A stretch of 40,069 nt of DNA from contig JALDZX010000102.1 of NCBI GenBank assembly GCA_022813865.1, positions 1-40,069 of the forward strand. Reading direction: 5' to 3'. Both the position numbers and the translations under genes were made by a program. Source of the stretch: Xylographa opegraphella (lineage: Eukaryota). How positions within the stretch are numbered: the first letter of the stretch is position 1; every line of letters starts with the position of its first letter. Below are positions 13,400-26,989 of the stretch, piece by piece. The notes beneath the pieces are model-generated. The model searched no databases. It had not been told where the DNA came from and saw nothing but the letters and a program-made list of their open reading frames with translations.

Positions 13400-16300
13400 G
13401 TATTCGTTAAGCGTTTTTATTTTTGAAAAAATATTCGTTTAATCAAATAATATTAATATTTAAAGTATTTTTTAAACGTATTTTTATTTTAATTTTTTTA
13501 TTTACGTATTATTGACTTTTCGTTAAATATATTATTTATTAAGGCTATATTTATTTTCGTTTAATCTACGATTTATTCAAAAACCGCGTACTCTTACGAT
13601 AATTTAAGGAAATAACCCGTTATAATACGATTTGTTACTTTTTCTGACAATATTAATTATAAAAAATAATACACACGGCCTGGTCGTTCTATATTATACT
13701 GTTAAAAAATTAGAATTATTGATAAACTCCCGAAATAATTAATTCGAATTAAAAATAAATTATATTATTCAATTTTTCGCTATCGTATTTATATTTATAT
13801 TTTTATAATATTTTTTTACTCAAGCCTTTAAATAGTGCTATGAGATAATTATAAAATAATTATAGAATAAAATCCCTTTCTTTTAATAAATTATTATTAT
13901 TGTTTTACTATCGATTCGTTTTTCAGATTTTTCAAAACGTATAAAATCCAAGTTTCATTTAATTAAAAATATATAAATTTCGCTCGAAAATATTTCTTAT
14001 ATTTATTAATCAAAATTTGGAATCTTTAATTTTATTATAAATTAAAAACTATTTAAATAAAATTTTAAAAATATGGTAACCTTTTTTTTCGCTATACGAT
14101 AATAATAGTTCGAGAGTTTATATCAATAAGGTAGCAGTAAAATTAAACAAAATTATAAATAATTTCCCATTCTGCTATAATAATACTTTAATAATTAAGG
14201 CTTTAATATTTATAAATTTATTTAAAACTCTTTAAAGACTATTGCTAAAATATTCGTAAAATATTCCAAAAAATTCAAATATACTATACAATTGTTATTT
14301 CGTTATTTACTAAAAAATTTTAAAATTTTTAAATAAATAATAAATAATAAATTATGCCCCAAATTGAATTCGATCCGAATTAATTTCGCGAAGCGCGAAT
14401 TCTCAAGTACGTATCGATAATACGTATTTTAATATGAATAAATACTTATCGAGGTTTAATAATATAAACTTAACATATAAAACGGCCGTGCATAAATATA
14501 TGATACAAACAGACGACCTTTTATAATTAAATTTTAATTAAATTTATTAAGCAGTATTAATGGCATTTATACGCGTAATTCGAATAAATTTTTCGAGCTT
14601 TTTTAAAAGTACCTTACTGGTCAAGGGGGATTTATTGATTTTGTATTGATACATATATTGATATAATTTTGCATTCAGTTATATATCGATATATAATTAT
14701 AATTTTAATATTATAACAATTTATATACAATATTAATAATATATTTATATTAATATAGTATAAACTATGGATTAATATTTATTGTATTTATATATTAATA
14801 CTAGATTTTATGCAATATATGCTGAATTCTTGATATATTAATACGTTTATTATATATTAACAGACATTTTTGAATAAATAGTATTAATATAGTTGTTAAT
14901 TTATAATCGAGTTCAATTTTTATTTATGTTTAATATTTATTTTTATCAAATTATATAATTATTCAATATATAAAGTACTTACAGTTTTAGAGTAATTAAT
15001 ATATTTGTTAAATATTTTAAAATATTTTTATTTTTAAATATATTTATTACTTTTAAATGACGAACTGCCTGCTTGAATTATATTTCAATAAAGTTTATAT
15101 TTAGGCTTTTATTAAAACGTATTTATATATTTTCGAAAGATTTAAAAAAGATTAACGATTCAAGCTCTTTATTAATAATATAATTCTAATTATTATTATA
15201 AATTATCAATTCGCGCAGACGTTTTATTATCGAAATAAACGAGGCTTTTTCTAGATTTGTTAGTAAATATTTTTATTTTTTATTTTTAAAAACGTCGAGA
15301 TAAACGCAGATTTAAAAATATCGATTATATATTATATTTTAATATTAATAATCTCTAGGTAATCATAAGCTAAAATTAGCAGCCCTAAATAATATTGAAA
15401 CGATATTATTATATTCGCTTTTTAAATTTGACCTCGAAAATTTAATATTATATTTTTATTTAGTAGTAAATTTGGCTATAACGTTTTTGCTTTTTTTTAA
15501 TATACCTTTAACGTTTTTTCATTAAAAATTATTTTAAATCCAGAAATTTATGTAAATATTTATTAAAAATCGATGATACTTATTTAAAATAAATATTATA
15601 TTTAACTACAAATTTACAAAACTTCTGTAATATTTCGATACTTTTTAAAATAATATATACAATTACTATAATTAATAGCTCGTTACCGAGATTGATATAA
15701 GCTAAAATAGTTATTTTATTAAATTTTAATAACATTCTTCTAATTTTATTTGATAATAGTGTTAATAATAAAAACCCGGCATAATTTAAAATCAAGGCCC
15801 TCGATTTTTCGGTAATAATTATAAATTTAATTATATTCGCCCAGCCAGTTCATTTAAAATTAAATAGTTTACTATTAAATTTATAAACTTTTTAAAAATG
15901 AATATCCTACTTAACATAATTATTATTGTTTCGCAAAGGTTATTAAATTTCATAAACTTTGAAATCAATACGTAGTATTTTCATTATTATGAAAGAATTA
16001 AGTTAATTAATATAATAATATATAACGTCTCGTTATTATATTTAAAATTAATTTTTCAGCAGTTTTTTAAATCGTAAATTTATAAATACCCGACGAAAAT
16101 ATTTTCATCTATAAATACTGCGACGTTTTTAGCGTTTTATTCAAATTCTGTATTATAAGCAGCTCGATTTTTGTCAAAATTATATTTTTATAATTAATCA
16201 AAACAAAATTAACGCCGTAAACGTATATTATTTAATTAACGAATTAATCGGCTAATTTTATTTTTATTTAGTAAGTCGTATCGAAATAATTATAAATAAT

Positions 16301-16400
16301 ATTTAATAATTATATATTATTAATTAACGCAAATTCGAGAGCCTTACAACATATAATTATTATAATACTAAATCAAGAATTCATATAATTTTAAAAATTT
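13400..16400 (-). mobile_element. Plavaka-type (CACTA/EnSpm-related) transposase relic
   Basis: ORF 15580-15795 retains LLSNKI...AYINLGN (de-RIP LLSDKT...YINLGN); gattacctagag at 15353-15364 (minus) = DYPE after one C>T reversal, followed by a CxxC-like segment; VRHLK at 15051-15065; YST-like C-terminal motif near 13860. Order matches the Plavaka transposase motifs as I recall them. Confidence 0.62.
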
Positions 16401-16734
16401 ATAAAGAATTTTATTATCGTAAATTAGCTAAAAAGGTTTAAATACAATATTATACGATAAAAAGCCTTAAAACGTATTATAATATATAATAAATTTTATT
16501 ACTATATTTATAATTTTAGAAAAAAATTTAAAATAATTCCGCCTTTTAATCGTATTAAAAAGATATTGAAAGTTTTACTTATTAAAAATAATCGAATAAT
16601 AAATAATCATTTAAAAAGAGTATTTTAATAAAGACTATATGAACGGCAAGTCACACTTTACGCGAAAAAAGTAATAAATCATTTATATTATAATTTTTAT
16701 TTGTTGTAATTATTTATATTTTATATTTTATTAC

Positions 16735-16926
16735 GTTTTGCTCGTTTTTTTTACTTTCGTCTTTGTTTTCGCTTTCGTTTTCGTTTTCGCCTTCGTTTTT
16801 ATTTTCACTTTCGTTTTCTTTTTCGCTTTATTTTTCTTATTTTTTCAGTCAATTTTTCGTTTATTTCGCCTATTTCGCCTATTTCGCCTATTTCGCCTAT
16901 TTCGCCTATTCTGCATATTTCGCCTT
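16735..16926. repeat. Degenerate 6-bp (TTTTCG-like) tract plus 9-bp (TATTTCGCC)n array
   Basis: Read directly; on the minus strand it reads as a charged low-complexity frame upstream of the Plavaka relic. Explains ORFs 16738-16932 and 16763-16951. Confidence 0.85.
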
Positions 16927-17599
16927 TATTAAAAATTTTAAATATAATTGACTGCGTTATTATAATAATATATATCTTTATATTTTTACTCCTTCTTTTA
17001 TTAATTTTATATTTGTTTATATTAATTTACTTTTTATTAACTTTATTTTATATATTATTCAAATTTCGACAAATTCCGTATCAAATTATATTAATTATAT
17101 ATTAATCGTGTCATCGCTTTTATTAATATACGCCTTTTAAAATTATGAATTTTGAAAGCCTCGAATTTTTATAGATAAAATTTATAATTTAATTATAAAA
17201 GTTTTCTGTTCATAAAATGTTTTTTATGTTTTTTATGTTTTTGATTTTTTTTATTTTTATTTTTTATTTTTTGTTTTATTTTGTATCGACTTGTAATTTA
17301 TCGTTAAAAAATAGGCCTTTTTGTTTTAATTATTTAATTATTTAATAATTTATATAGTTTTAGTGAAATTTAATTTTTTTTAATATAATTCGCTATTTTT
17401 TTCCGTTTTATTTAATAGTTATAAATTTTGTAACGTATTTGTAAATTTACCCTTTTTATTAACTATACTTTTATAAATTATATATTATTTATATTATAAT
17501 TATTGAAAATAGAATTTATTATTAAAAATATATTCGATAAATTTAAAGTTCGTTAAAGTTTTTAAAGTATACGAATTATCATTTTAATAGTATTTTTAT

Positions 17600-18400
17600 A
17601 CTATAAGTATTTTTATCAATATAGCCTTAATTATACCCTTTCTGCGTAAATAATATATTATATAATAGAATTTACTAAATTTAATAAATGTACCAAGGTT
17701 TTTATATTATTAAAAAACATTCATTCGATATATAATAATATTTTAAATCATTTAGCAATTTTTTTATTACGACTACAGAATTAAAACGCTAAATATACGA
17801 ATTTAAATTAAATTTAAAACGTTACAAATATATTAAATTAAAAAAGTTCCTAAAGGGGTACGAAAATATTAATATAATTAGAAAAAAAAGAATAAAAACT
17901 TCAAAATAATTATATTTTTAAAATTATATCATAAAAATAAAAAAACGAGAAATTTAAATTTAATAACGATTATTTTTATATAAAAAAATATAGTAAACAT
18001 CGACAATCGCGATATAAATATGTAAAAATAACTTAAAAATTTAAATATTATAAAAATTTAAATATTACATAATTTATAATTAATAATTTAATTTAAAAAG
18101 ATTATTTCGTAATCGTGTATATAATCGGTAAATAATTTAAGTAAGTTAACGTATTTAAAACAATTAAATTTCGCGGTAATGTTTTTAAAAACGAATTAGG
18201 CTTTAAAAAGGTTATTTATTTCTTAATTAATAATACGCGTTGGAAAAAAGCGAGCCCGTTTATTATAATAATTATTAAAATTTATGTTGAATAATAAAAG
18301 CTTAAGTTAAATTAAAATATTTATAAAACAAATGAATACGATTTTAACAAATATTCTTTAATTAATTAACGTTTATTTATAATATAAAATTAAAAAAATT
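17600..18400 (+). mobile_element. Possible hAT transposase fragment
   Basis: Only weak motif: cattcgatatataataatattttaaatcattta near 17720-17755, resembling the IYN.LFDHL helix of fungal hATs. Confidence 0.25.
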
Positions 18401-19232
18401 TATATTTCGCACTTTTAACATTTTCATATCATATTTATTTTGCTTTAACGTTATTTTAATAATATATTAATTAATTTAACGATAATATATTTAATTATTC
18501 AAATTTAAAGCCGTATTTTGCGATTAAAAAATAAATAAAAATATTAAACGTTTATAATATTAGTTATTTTGAATTATATTTGAGGATTTTAATATAATAT
18601 TTCAAAAATTAATTTTTAATAAATAATAAACTGCTCGTGATACTGTTAAATTTATATTACGTATTTTAAATAAAACTTTATATTAAATAATTATTTATAT
18701 ATCGAGTATTATTTTCGTAAATCGCTAGTTCCATATTCATAAATACGTTATATTTTTAAAGGGTTATTTTGTTAAGAATTTTCGTAAATTTCGTAAAGTT
18801 TTTGGCGTACGAGGTTTTAAAAATGTAGTTAAAATTTTTTTAGTTTTTTATATTTTACCATTTTAAAATTTTTTAATAATTTTTATTATTATTAAACTTA
18901 AATTAATACTAATTCTTTTATAGAAAATTAAGCATAATATTATTATTAAATTTAGCGACACCGAAGAAATAGCCGTTAATAAATATATAAAAAATATATT
19001 TCATTAAAAAATATTAAAATAGAAAATACTGTTAATATAATTATTAAATTCGACAGCCTCAAAAAAAATATAATTTTTAAAATTATAATTATGATTCGAG
19101 TAATACAGTTAATATATTATTTAATAATATTTATCAACGATAATATAAAAAACGAGAATTTTAATTCAATAATTTAAAATTTAAACTTATTTTTAAATAA
19201 AAATATAATATATTTTTATTAAAATAAAAAAA

Positions 19233-19395
19233 GGTCACAACGCGATTGATAAGGTTCTGACCAATGTTGTGTGGGACAGGGGTCGAAGGAACCTTATTCC
19301 AGATGCCTCCTTTGCCTCCTTGGGAGGCATGGACGGCATGCTTTTTTTTGCCTCGATGACCTTCTTCGGAGGCATAAAAAGCATCTCAAAACAGA
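19233..19395. other. GC-rich, RIP-free island with three tandem inverted repeats
   Basis: ATAAGGTTC 19249-57 / GAACCTTAT 19289-97; ATGCCTCC 19303-10 / GGAGGCAT 19323-30; ATGCTTTTT 19338-46 / AAAAAGCAT 19376-84 with inner TGCCTC/GAGGCA. Confidence 0.85.
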
Positions 19396-21700
19396 ACTTT
19401 TATATAAAATAAAGAATTTCCTTTATTGTAGAAGGCGTATTTAATTCATGTTATAATTTTAAATTTATAGGCTTCAATACAATACTGTACGAAAATTATT
19501 ACCTTTTAAAAAACGATAAATTTATTACTGTGCCTTTTTATTTATTCATTGACGAATTAAACCCAGATTCTTAATCAAACTATATTAATGAGAAGCAGAA
19601 TCGTAACAGCAATCAATTCATTAAAAATTTAAATTTCTTTCAAATTGTCTAAAAAATTATTAATAATTTTAAAAAATGGAATATTAATACCTTTTATATT
19701 TAAGTAATTTTTCAATATTATGGAAATTATTTTAAAAAAACGCTCGGCAATATTATTAAATTAATATAATATAATAATCGTATTGTTATTATCGAACGCT
19801 ATAACGTAATAACTACGCTTAAAATAATCGATATTTATAATTTATAATTTATTATTATTAATGTAAATAGCTTAGACTTTAACTTATGAATAATTGATAA
19901 AATTATATATTTCGAAATTAAATAAAATAAAAATATAAAATCACAGGCAAACGTTCGTATATTTCGTTAAAATGAAATTAAAATAGTAAAAACTATGCGT
20001 TTTATTATAATTAATATATTAATAAATATTAAATTCTTTTATTATTAAATTTAAAAAACCAAGATTAACAATAAAATTGTAAAAATGTTATTACGTTAAA
20101 ACGATACTTTTTAAATATTTTTAAAACACTCGTTATTTAATATATATCCGAAAAGCTATAAGAGTTTAAAGTTAAAAATTCATAAATATATATAACAAGA
20201 ATAATTTTTTGATGAAGTTTAAAATAATAGCTGGCTGAATATAAATTATAGTAATTTTTTAAAATAAACGCTATATTAATACCTTGTTAAGTCTAAATAA
20301 ATATAATCAAAGTTTATTAAAAGATTATATAAAATTAAGCATTAAATATAAATTTTTATAAAGTCGAGTTTGGAATTAATTTTTTTATTACATATATTAA
20401 CGTATCAATTCAAATAGCGCGTTTTTTTATAATTTAAAAGCGTTTGCTTATATTTAGTATATATATACGCTTTCAGCCTTTTTTTCTGAAAATAGCGATT
20501 TTACGAAATATTAATATAAAATTTACAATCTTAATATTTCCATATTTTTACGATAACAATATTTCCTTAAAGAAATTATTAACTAAATATTAAAAAAAAT
20601 TTATAACCTTGCGATTTCAATTTATAAGTTAATTTAAATTTAGATTCGTTTTTGCTATTAAATTGCTATAAATATATATTTATAAACAATAATTAACAAC
20701 TAAAAAAGCTGATTTAACTTGTGTTTAAAATAATATAATATTTAAAATATTATTTTTACGATTATTTCTCATTTAATAAAGCTTTTAAGAAAATAAAAAA
20801 TACATAAAAAATTATTATAAAAGTATTTATTCGTAAACGAGTGCATTAATAAATCAATTTTATTTTTAAATTAAATAATATTATTAAATTGATTAATTTT
20901 ACTAATATTTTTTCTATATATTTATTTTCTTTTAACAATTAGGTTTAAAAACCTTAAATTAAATGATTTATACGTATTTCAATAACATTTTCATTTTTTA
21001 ATTTCGTTTAAATTTTATGAACTAAACTTTTCATAGTATTTTTTTACGATAATTTCAATAATATTATTTCGTTTTAAATCATTATAATATACTAAAAACA
21101 ATAAATAATAAATAACAAATAATCATTATTAATTATTGGAGCGTATACTTTAATCAATCATTCGAATTAACAATCATATTAAATATAAATATTTCGCGTA
21201 TATTGATTAAAATATATTGATTAAAAAACGCGATAAGTAGTCGTTGAATATGCGATTTTAATTAATAAAAGTTAATAACGCGAGAGCGATTTTTTAGCAA
21301 TATTATATTATATTATTATTTTATTTACTATTTTTTCGATAAAAATATCATAAATATATATACAATTATTTATATATATAAATATTTGCGAAAGTTGGGG
21401 TTAATTGGAAGGCAAAAAGCTTTAAATACGAAAAATATATATAAATACACGTAATATTTAATAGCTTTAATTAAATAAAGAGGTGAAACTTTGAAAGCTT
21501 CAATTATGAATTTTAATAAATATTAAATTTTTAAATTTTAATATTTTACTATTTTATTTCGAGTTTTATTGTGTTTTTTTTAAAAAAAGTTATTAATTCG
21601 AGGGCTTTAAATATATTTTAAGACATTTAGCGAAATTAAAAGTTTATAATCTAAAAATTGATAAAATTAATAGTTCGTGGCAGCGTAAAACGTGGTCTAA

Positions 21701-21770
21701 ATAATATATTTATTAATAATATATTTATTAATAATATATTTATTAATAATATATTTATTAATAATATATT
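21701..21770. repeat. 15-bp tandem repeat (ATAATATATTTATTA), about 4.5 copies
   Basis: Read directly. Confidence 0.9.
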
Positions 21771-21870
21771 TAATTTAAATATCTTTATATATTAAAGTAT
21801 TTTATAAAATAATTTCGTTTTCGAAAATTTGATTTGCCCTAGAATGATATTGTTTATAAAAATAGTAATT

Positions 21871-21871
<1 letters not shown>

Positions 21872-21903
<32 letters not shown>

Positions 21904-21910
21904 CATAATC

Positions 21911-21975
<65 letters not shown>

Positions 21976-22347
21976 NNNNNNNNNNNNNNNNNNNNNNNNN
22001 NNNNNNNNNNNNNNNNNNNNNNNNNNNNNNNNNNNNNNNNNNNNNNNNNNNNNNNNNNNNNNNNNNNNNNNNNNNNNNNNNNNNNNNNNNNNNNNNNNNN
22101 NNNNNATCATAATCATAATAATAATCATAATAATAATAATCATAATCATAATAATAATCATAATAATAATAATCATAATAATAATAATCATAATAATAAT
22201 CATTATAATAATAATCATAATCATAATAATAATCATAATAATAATAATAATAATAATAATCATAATAATAATAATAATAATAATAATCATAATCATAATC
22301 ATAATAATAATCATAATAATAATAATAATAATAATAATAATCATAAT
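21872..22347. repeat. (AAT)n/(CAT) compound trinucleotide microsatellite spanning an assembly gap (N 21976-22105)
   Basis: Read directly; produces the spurious poly-N and poly-I ORFs. Confidence 0.95.
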
Positions 22348-22449
22348 ACTATTGATTTAATCGTTTATATTATTTTATAATATAAATTTATTAATGAATT
22401 TCTATACAATTTTATCGCTTTAATTAACAATTTTATCGCTTTAATTAAC

Positions 22450-25400
22450 AATTTAATCATTTTCATAACAGTTTAAGTCGACGAAAATAGCGTTTTCGAC
22501 GTAAATAAAATAATTAAAAATTCACATACTAACGAATTTTCGAAAATCGAATTTATTATAAATATAATTACAACGGGGGAATAAATATTGAAGAAAAGTT
22601 TCGCCGACAATTTTAATTATATATTTTTAAAAACGAAAATTATAAATATTGTTATTAATTATATCAAAATTATTAAAACTCCTGGATTAAAAAAAGTTTT
22701 TATTATATTTAAAAATTCGTCAAAAGAAATCTTTGAGAAAAAAATAAATAAGATATAGAGTTAGATCAAGTTTTTACTTATTTTTATATACCTTATTGGG
22801 ATCTTTATTTTTATTACAATTATTTTTTGTTATAAAATTACTTTATTTTATAAGCTTGAGCATTTATTCAGGTGAAATATTAATTAAAATTCTTAAACTA
22901 ATGTTTTGTTATTAAATATTTAATTATTATTATAAATAGTTGATACCCTTAAACGCTGTATTCGCGGGCAGTTTTTTTTGCTTAAAATACGATATAAATA
23001 AATCGTATTAGATAATAAATAATAAATAATTTTAACGTTATAAAAAAAGATTCGCATACAGCCTACGATTTCTTAAGAATGAATATACGGATTTAATCTA
23101 TAAAAATTATTTTATATGATACTAAATTCAAATAATATACGAGAAAAAATGTATTTCGAAATGAGTTATTACGTTAATAAATCAACGGAATTATGGGACT
23201 CTTTCGTATAAATATTGTTTATTTAATTATATTTAAATAAATTCGCAAAGTTTCCTGATAATAAATCAATATTCCCGTAAAATATTATAAAGTTTAAATA
23301 CGCTAATTTATAATATAAATATTATAATAAAAATCGATTTTATTTTGCTCGTATTTATACAATTTATTAAAATATAAATAATAATACAAGCGAAATTAAT
23401 TTTTTTACGTAAAAAATTCTATTTATTACGCAAATTCGTAATATAATGCCTACGTTAATTACTATAATGAAAAAATATTTTTTATTTTGTATTCGCTATT
23501 TACGTTCTTCGAAAAATCATTAATATATATATTAATTATAGAAATAAAAAAGGGCGTTAAAAATATAAATCGTTACATAATGAAAATATTGAACGCTTAA
23601 AGCAAAGCTTTATATTCTGTATAATTGCTAAATTCTTTACGTAAAGAATTTAAACTATAGTACTATAAACGTTTATATTTCGAGGTTTTTGAATGATTTA
23701 AATACTATTTAATTCTTTTTATAATACTTATTAATACATTTAAAGTATACAAAAAATATATAGAAGTTTAATAAATATATATAATATATCGATTATTTTT
23801 CTGTTATCGAACGCTCGGAACGAAAAAATACGCCAATTTTTATACTCGATTTATATAAAAATAATTTTAAAAATATTATTAAAACATTAAAATTTAGCCT
23901 TGTCGTGTTGAATAAAAAATATATATAAATATAAAGAAATTCAATATTTATATACGCTTTTAGTATAATGTATATCAATAATATATAATAATAAATCGTT
24001 AATTTTAAATTTATATTTTAAATCGCTATTCGAAAATATTAATTTCTTTTAATTAAATTCTTTTTAAAACAATTTAATTTACAACATTATCCTATATTGT
24101 CGCGATTATTAATAAATTATTAATTATCGTTAAAAGATCGAGCAAATAAAGTCGAAAATTTTACATTTAAATTTCTTTTATATTTTAAAATTTAAAAAAT
24201 ATCATCGACATTGATATATTTAAAATTTTATATTGTATTTCATTCGAACAAAACCCGTTAATATTATTTATTTAGAATACGCAGGGATTGTTAAATAGAC
24301 TTAAGAATTATCATCAAACTCGATTTTAATTTTGATAATGAAATTAAAATATTATATAAAATTAAAACGATTTTTTTAATTAAAAACGTTTAAAATCTTC
24401 GAAACGGTATTTAAAAAACATAAAAATATTTTTATTATTATCTTTATACTATTTCGATTATAAATAAAATCGAAATATATTCGAACGATATAGTTAAAAA
24501 TAATAATTAGTACGATTTTAATAATTAATATCAAGGCCGTTAATTTAATTATTAAACGCTATATTTAAATAACTCGTAGCAATATGATTATAATAATACG
24601 CGCGATGCTTTTTAATGATTAAAAAAGATATAAATTAAATATTTTAAAAGTTTAAAAAAATTTAATTATTTTTTAAAATACGCTGCGTTGGTAGCGATAT
24701 TTACTTTCAAATAATTTTTTTATATCCATTTTGACTATTTATACCCGTAACTTAGATAAATTAATTTTAAAAATATATTATTAAATATAAAAAATTCGCT
24801 AAAATATTTAAAACAAATAATCAAGTATTTAAAGAAATATTAAAATTTCGTAAATTTTTAAAATAATTCAATACTTACATAGAATTATATTATCTGCTAA
24901 TAGATTTGAAGTTTACAAATTTAAATAATTATACAATGTTTTTTAGCGAAAATAAATATTAATTAATATATTTTATTTATAAAGTTTTATACTAACGTTT
25001 CGTATATATAGGCTCTGGAAGAAATTATTTATTATAAGTATTATAATCAACGTTATTTTTACGTTATTGAAGATAAAAAACGTTCATTAAACATTACGTT
25101 TTATAATAAAAAAACCTTCGAACAAGAAAAAAAAATATTCTAAATTTAATGATATATTATTCAATATTGATTAACGAAAATTTAACGTTTTTAAATTAAA
25201 TAAACTTTAATATGGAATTAAAGTATTTATCGTTATAAATTAATATAATTTACGAATTACCTTCGATTATATGTTATATTTTTAATTTTTACGTAAAAAT
25301 ATTGTAAATCTGCCGATATTCTTTAATCGATTAAAAATAATATATTGATTTTTTAAAAATATATAGCGAATTTATACTAAGTATTGTAATATAGTTAATA
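22450..25400 (+). mobile_element. RIP-degenerated ascomycete EnSpm/Plavaka-related transposase-like gene
   Basis: De-RIP motifs in order: LIDAFGVYRN.YRSLMGIY (23721-23780); LGPHGSNFEDII-like (~23845-23880); VCAF...YIGDMPQQ (~23950-23995); AHSEYAGI (gaatacgcagggatt, ~24269-24289); RLQSPKRHL (~24385-24415); NCNVLFGEDKH (~24925-24961). Confidence 0.65.
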
Positions 25401-26989
25401 AATAAATTTAAAAAAATTAAAGTCATAATAAATATATATAATTTAAATTAATTTATAGTACCCGACGAATATTTCTTACTATTATAAAACGATATTATTG
25501 CAGTAACTCATTAATATAGTTATAAAATAATCGTCGATTATTCGTTATTCTTATTACTAATTAATCGCTAGTAAATATAGAAATTGTTTGATTATAATAA
25601 ACAATTATAATAAAAAATTATTTGATATAATAATAACAAGGTACCGCAATTCCCTAATATTTATATAATAAAGGTTTTTTTTTAAATATTTTAAGGCTTT
25701 TTCGATCTCGTTATTCGTATTTTAAAATTAAAATTAAATATTTAACGTATTTCTTTGAAACAAAAACAATAATTACCGTAGCTATTGAATTAAATTAAAC
25801 GAAAAAACATTGAAATAAAAAACGATTTAAATAAACTTAAAAAAGGGTTAAAAATATTTTGTAAAGGAATAGCTTTTAAAAATAATCAAGAACATTCAGA
25901 ATTTTTTGAACTATTTTAAAAATTATCTTTTGAAAAATTTAAAGGGCTACAATTTCACTTACTTTTAATATTAAATTTTAACTACATTGAATTGTATGAT
26001 TACAAACGATTAAATAATTTATATTTATAAATTAGTTTACTTACTTTGATTTTAAAAACTTAAAAAAATGTTTATAACAGTATCGATATTTGATTTATTT
26101 AATAATTGTTGAAAAGTAAATTAATGTACATTTATGCTTAAATTATGAATTTAAATTTATTTTCGTTTTAATTATATTTTTTATAACAGCAGTAAATCTA
26201 TTAAGATAATTTACGAAATGATAACGATTTCGTATATTTTTAAAGTATAACGCGTATTAACATATTTATTAAAAATTTCGTTCCATAACGATCGAAAACG
26301 TCGCCTAAAGATTTTATAAAATTTTTCGACGCTATTTAAATAGACTAGCAGACCGAATTTTATAATTTTATTAAATTAAATATTTTATTATAATTCGAAA
26401 TCGTCACGAAAGTACGTATTTAAATTTTGTTCTATTTTCGCTATATTTTTAATGCTTGTTACGATACGTAATTAGTTTTTAAAATTATAAATATTTATTA
26501 ATAATGTTTTTTGGCCTTAACTCATTAATATATTTTATAATTTTATACAACACTTATATTCGTATTTATTTAATAAATCTACGTTATATTCGTATTATAT
26601 TTGTTGTTTTATATTCCATTTGTATTCGCGAATGTTTGTATTATATTTATATTCGCATTATTTCACATTTCGTTTATATTTATTTTATACGTTACGTTCG
26701 TGGTTGTATTTCACGTTACGTTTTTAAATTTTTCTAAGGCCAGAAAATATAAAAAGGGGTAAAATACTTTAAAATACAAATTTTAAAATATCATTCGATC
26801 TGCCGGCCTGTTTATTTATTATCTGCCTGCCTGCCTGCCTGTATTTTGAACGTAATTTTTGCCTGCTCGCATTTTAGGCGTGGCTTTTTATTTAAAAAGC
26901 TTAATATATATATACTTAAAATCTGCGGTTTTAAACTTTACTCTTTAATTTCAATTTAATAAATCAAAATACGCTTTGCACCTCGAGCC

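Noticed and set aside
21802..22380. 180/183-aa poly-Ile and poly-Asn/His ORFs
   Set aside because: Translations of an AAT/CAT microsatellite across an N gap.
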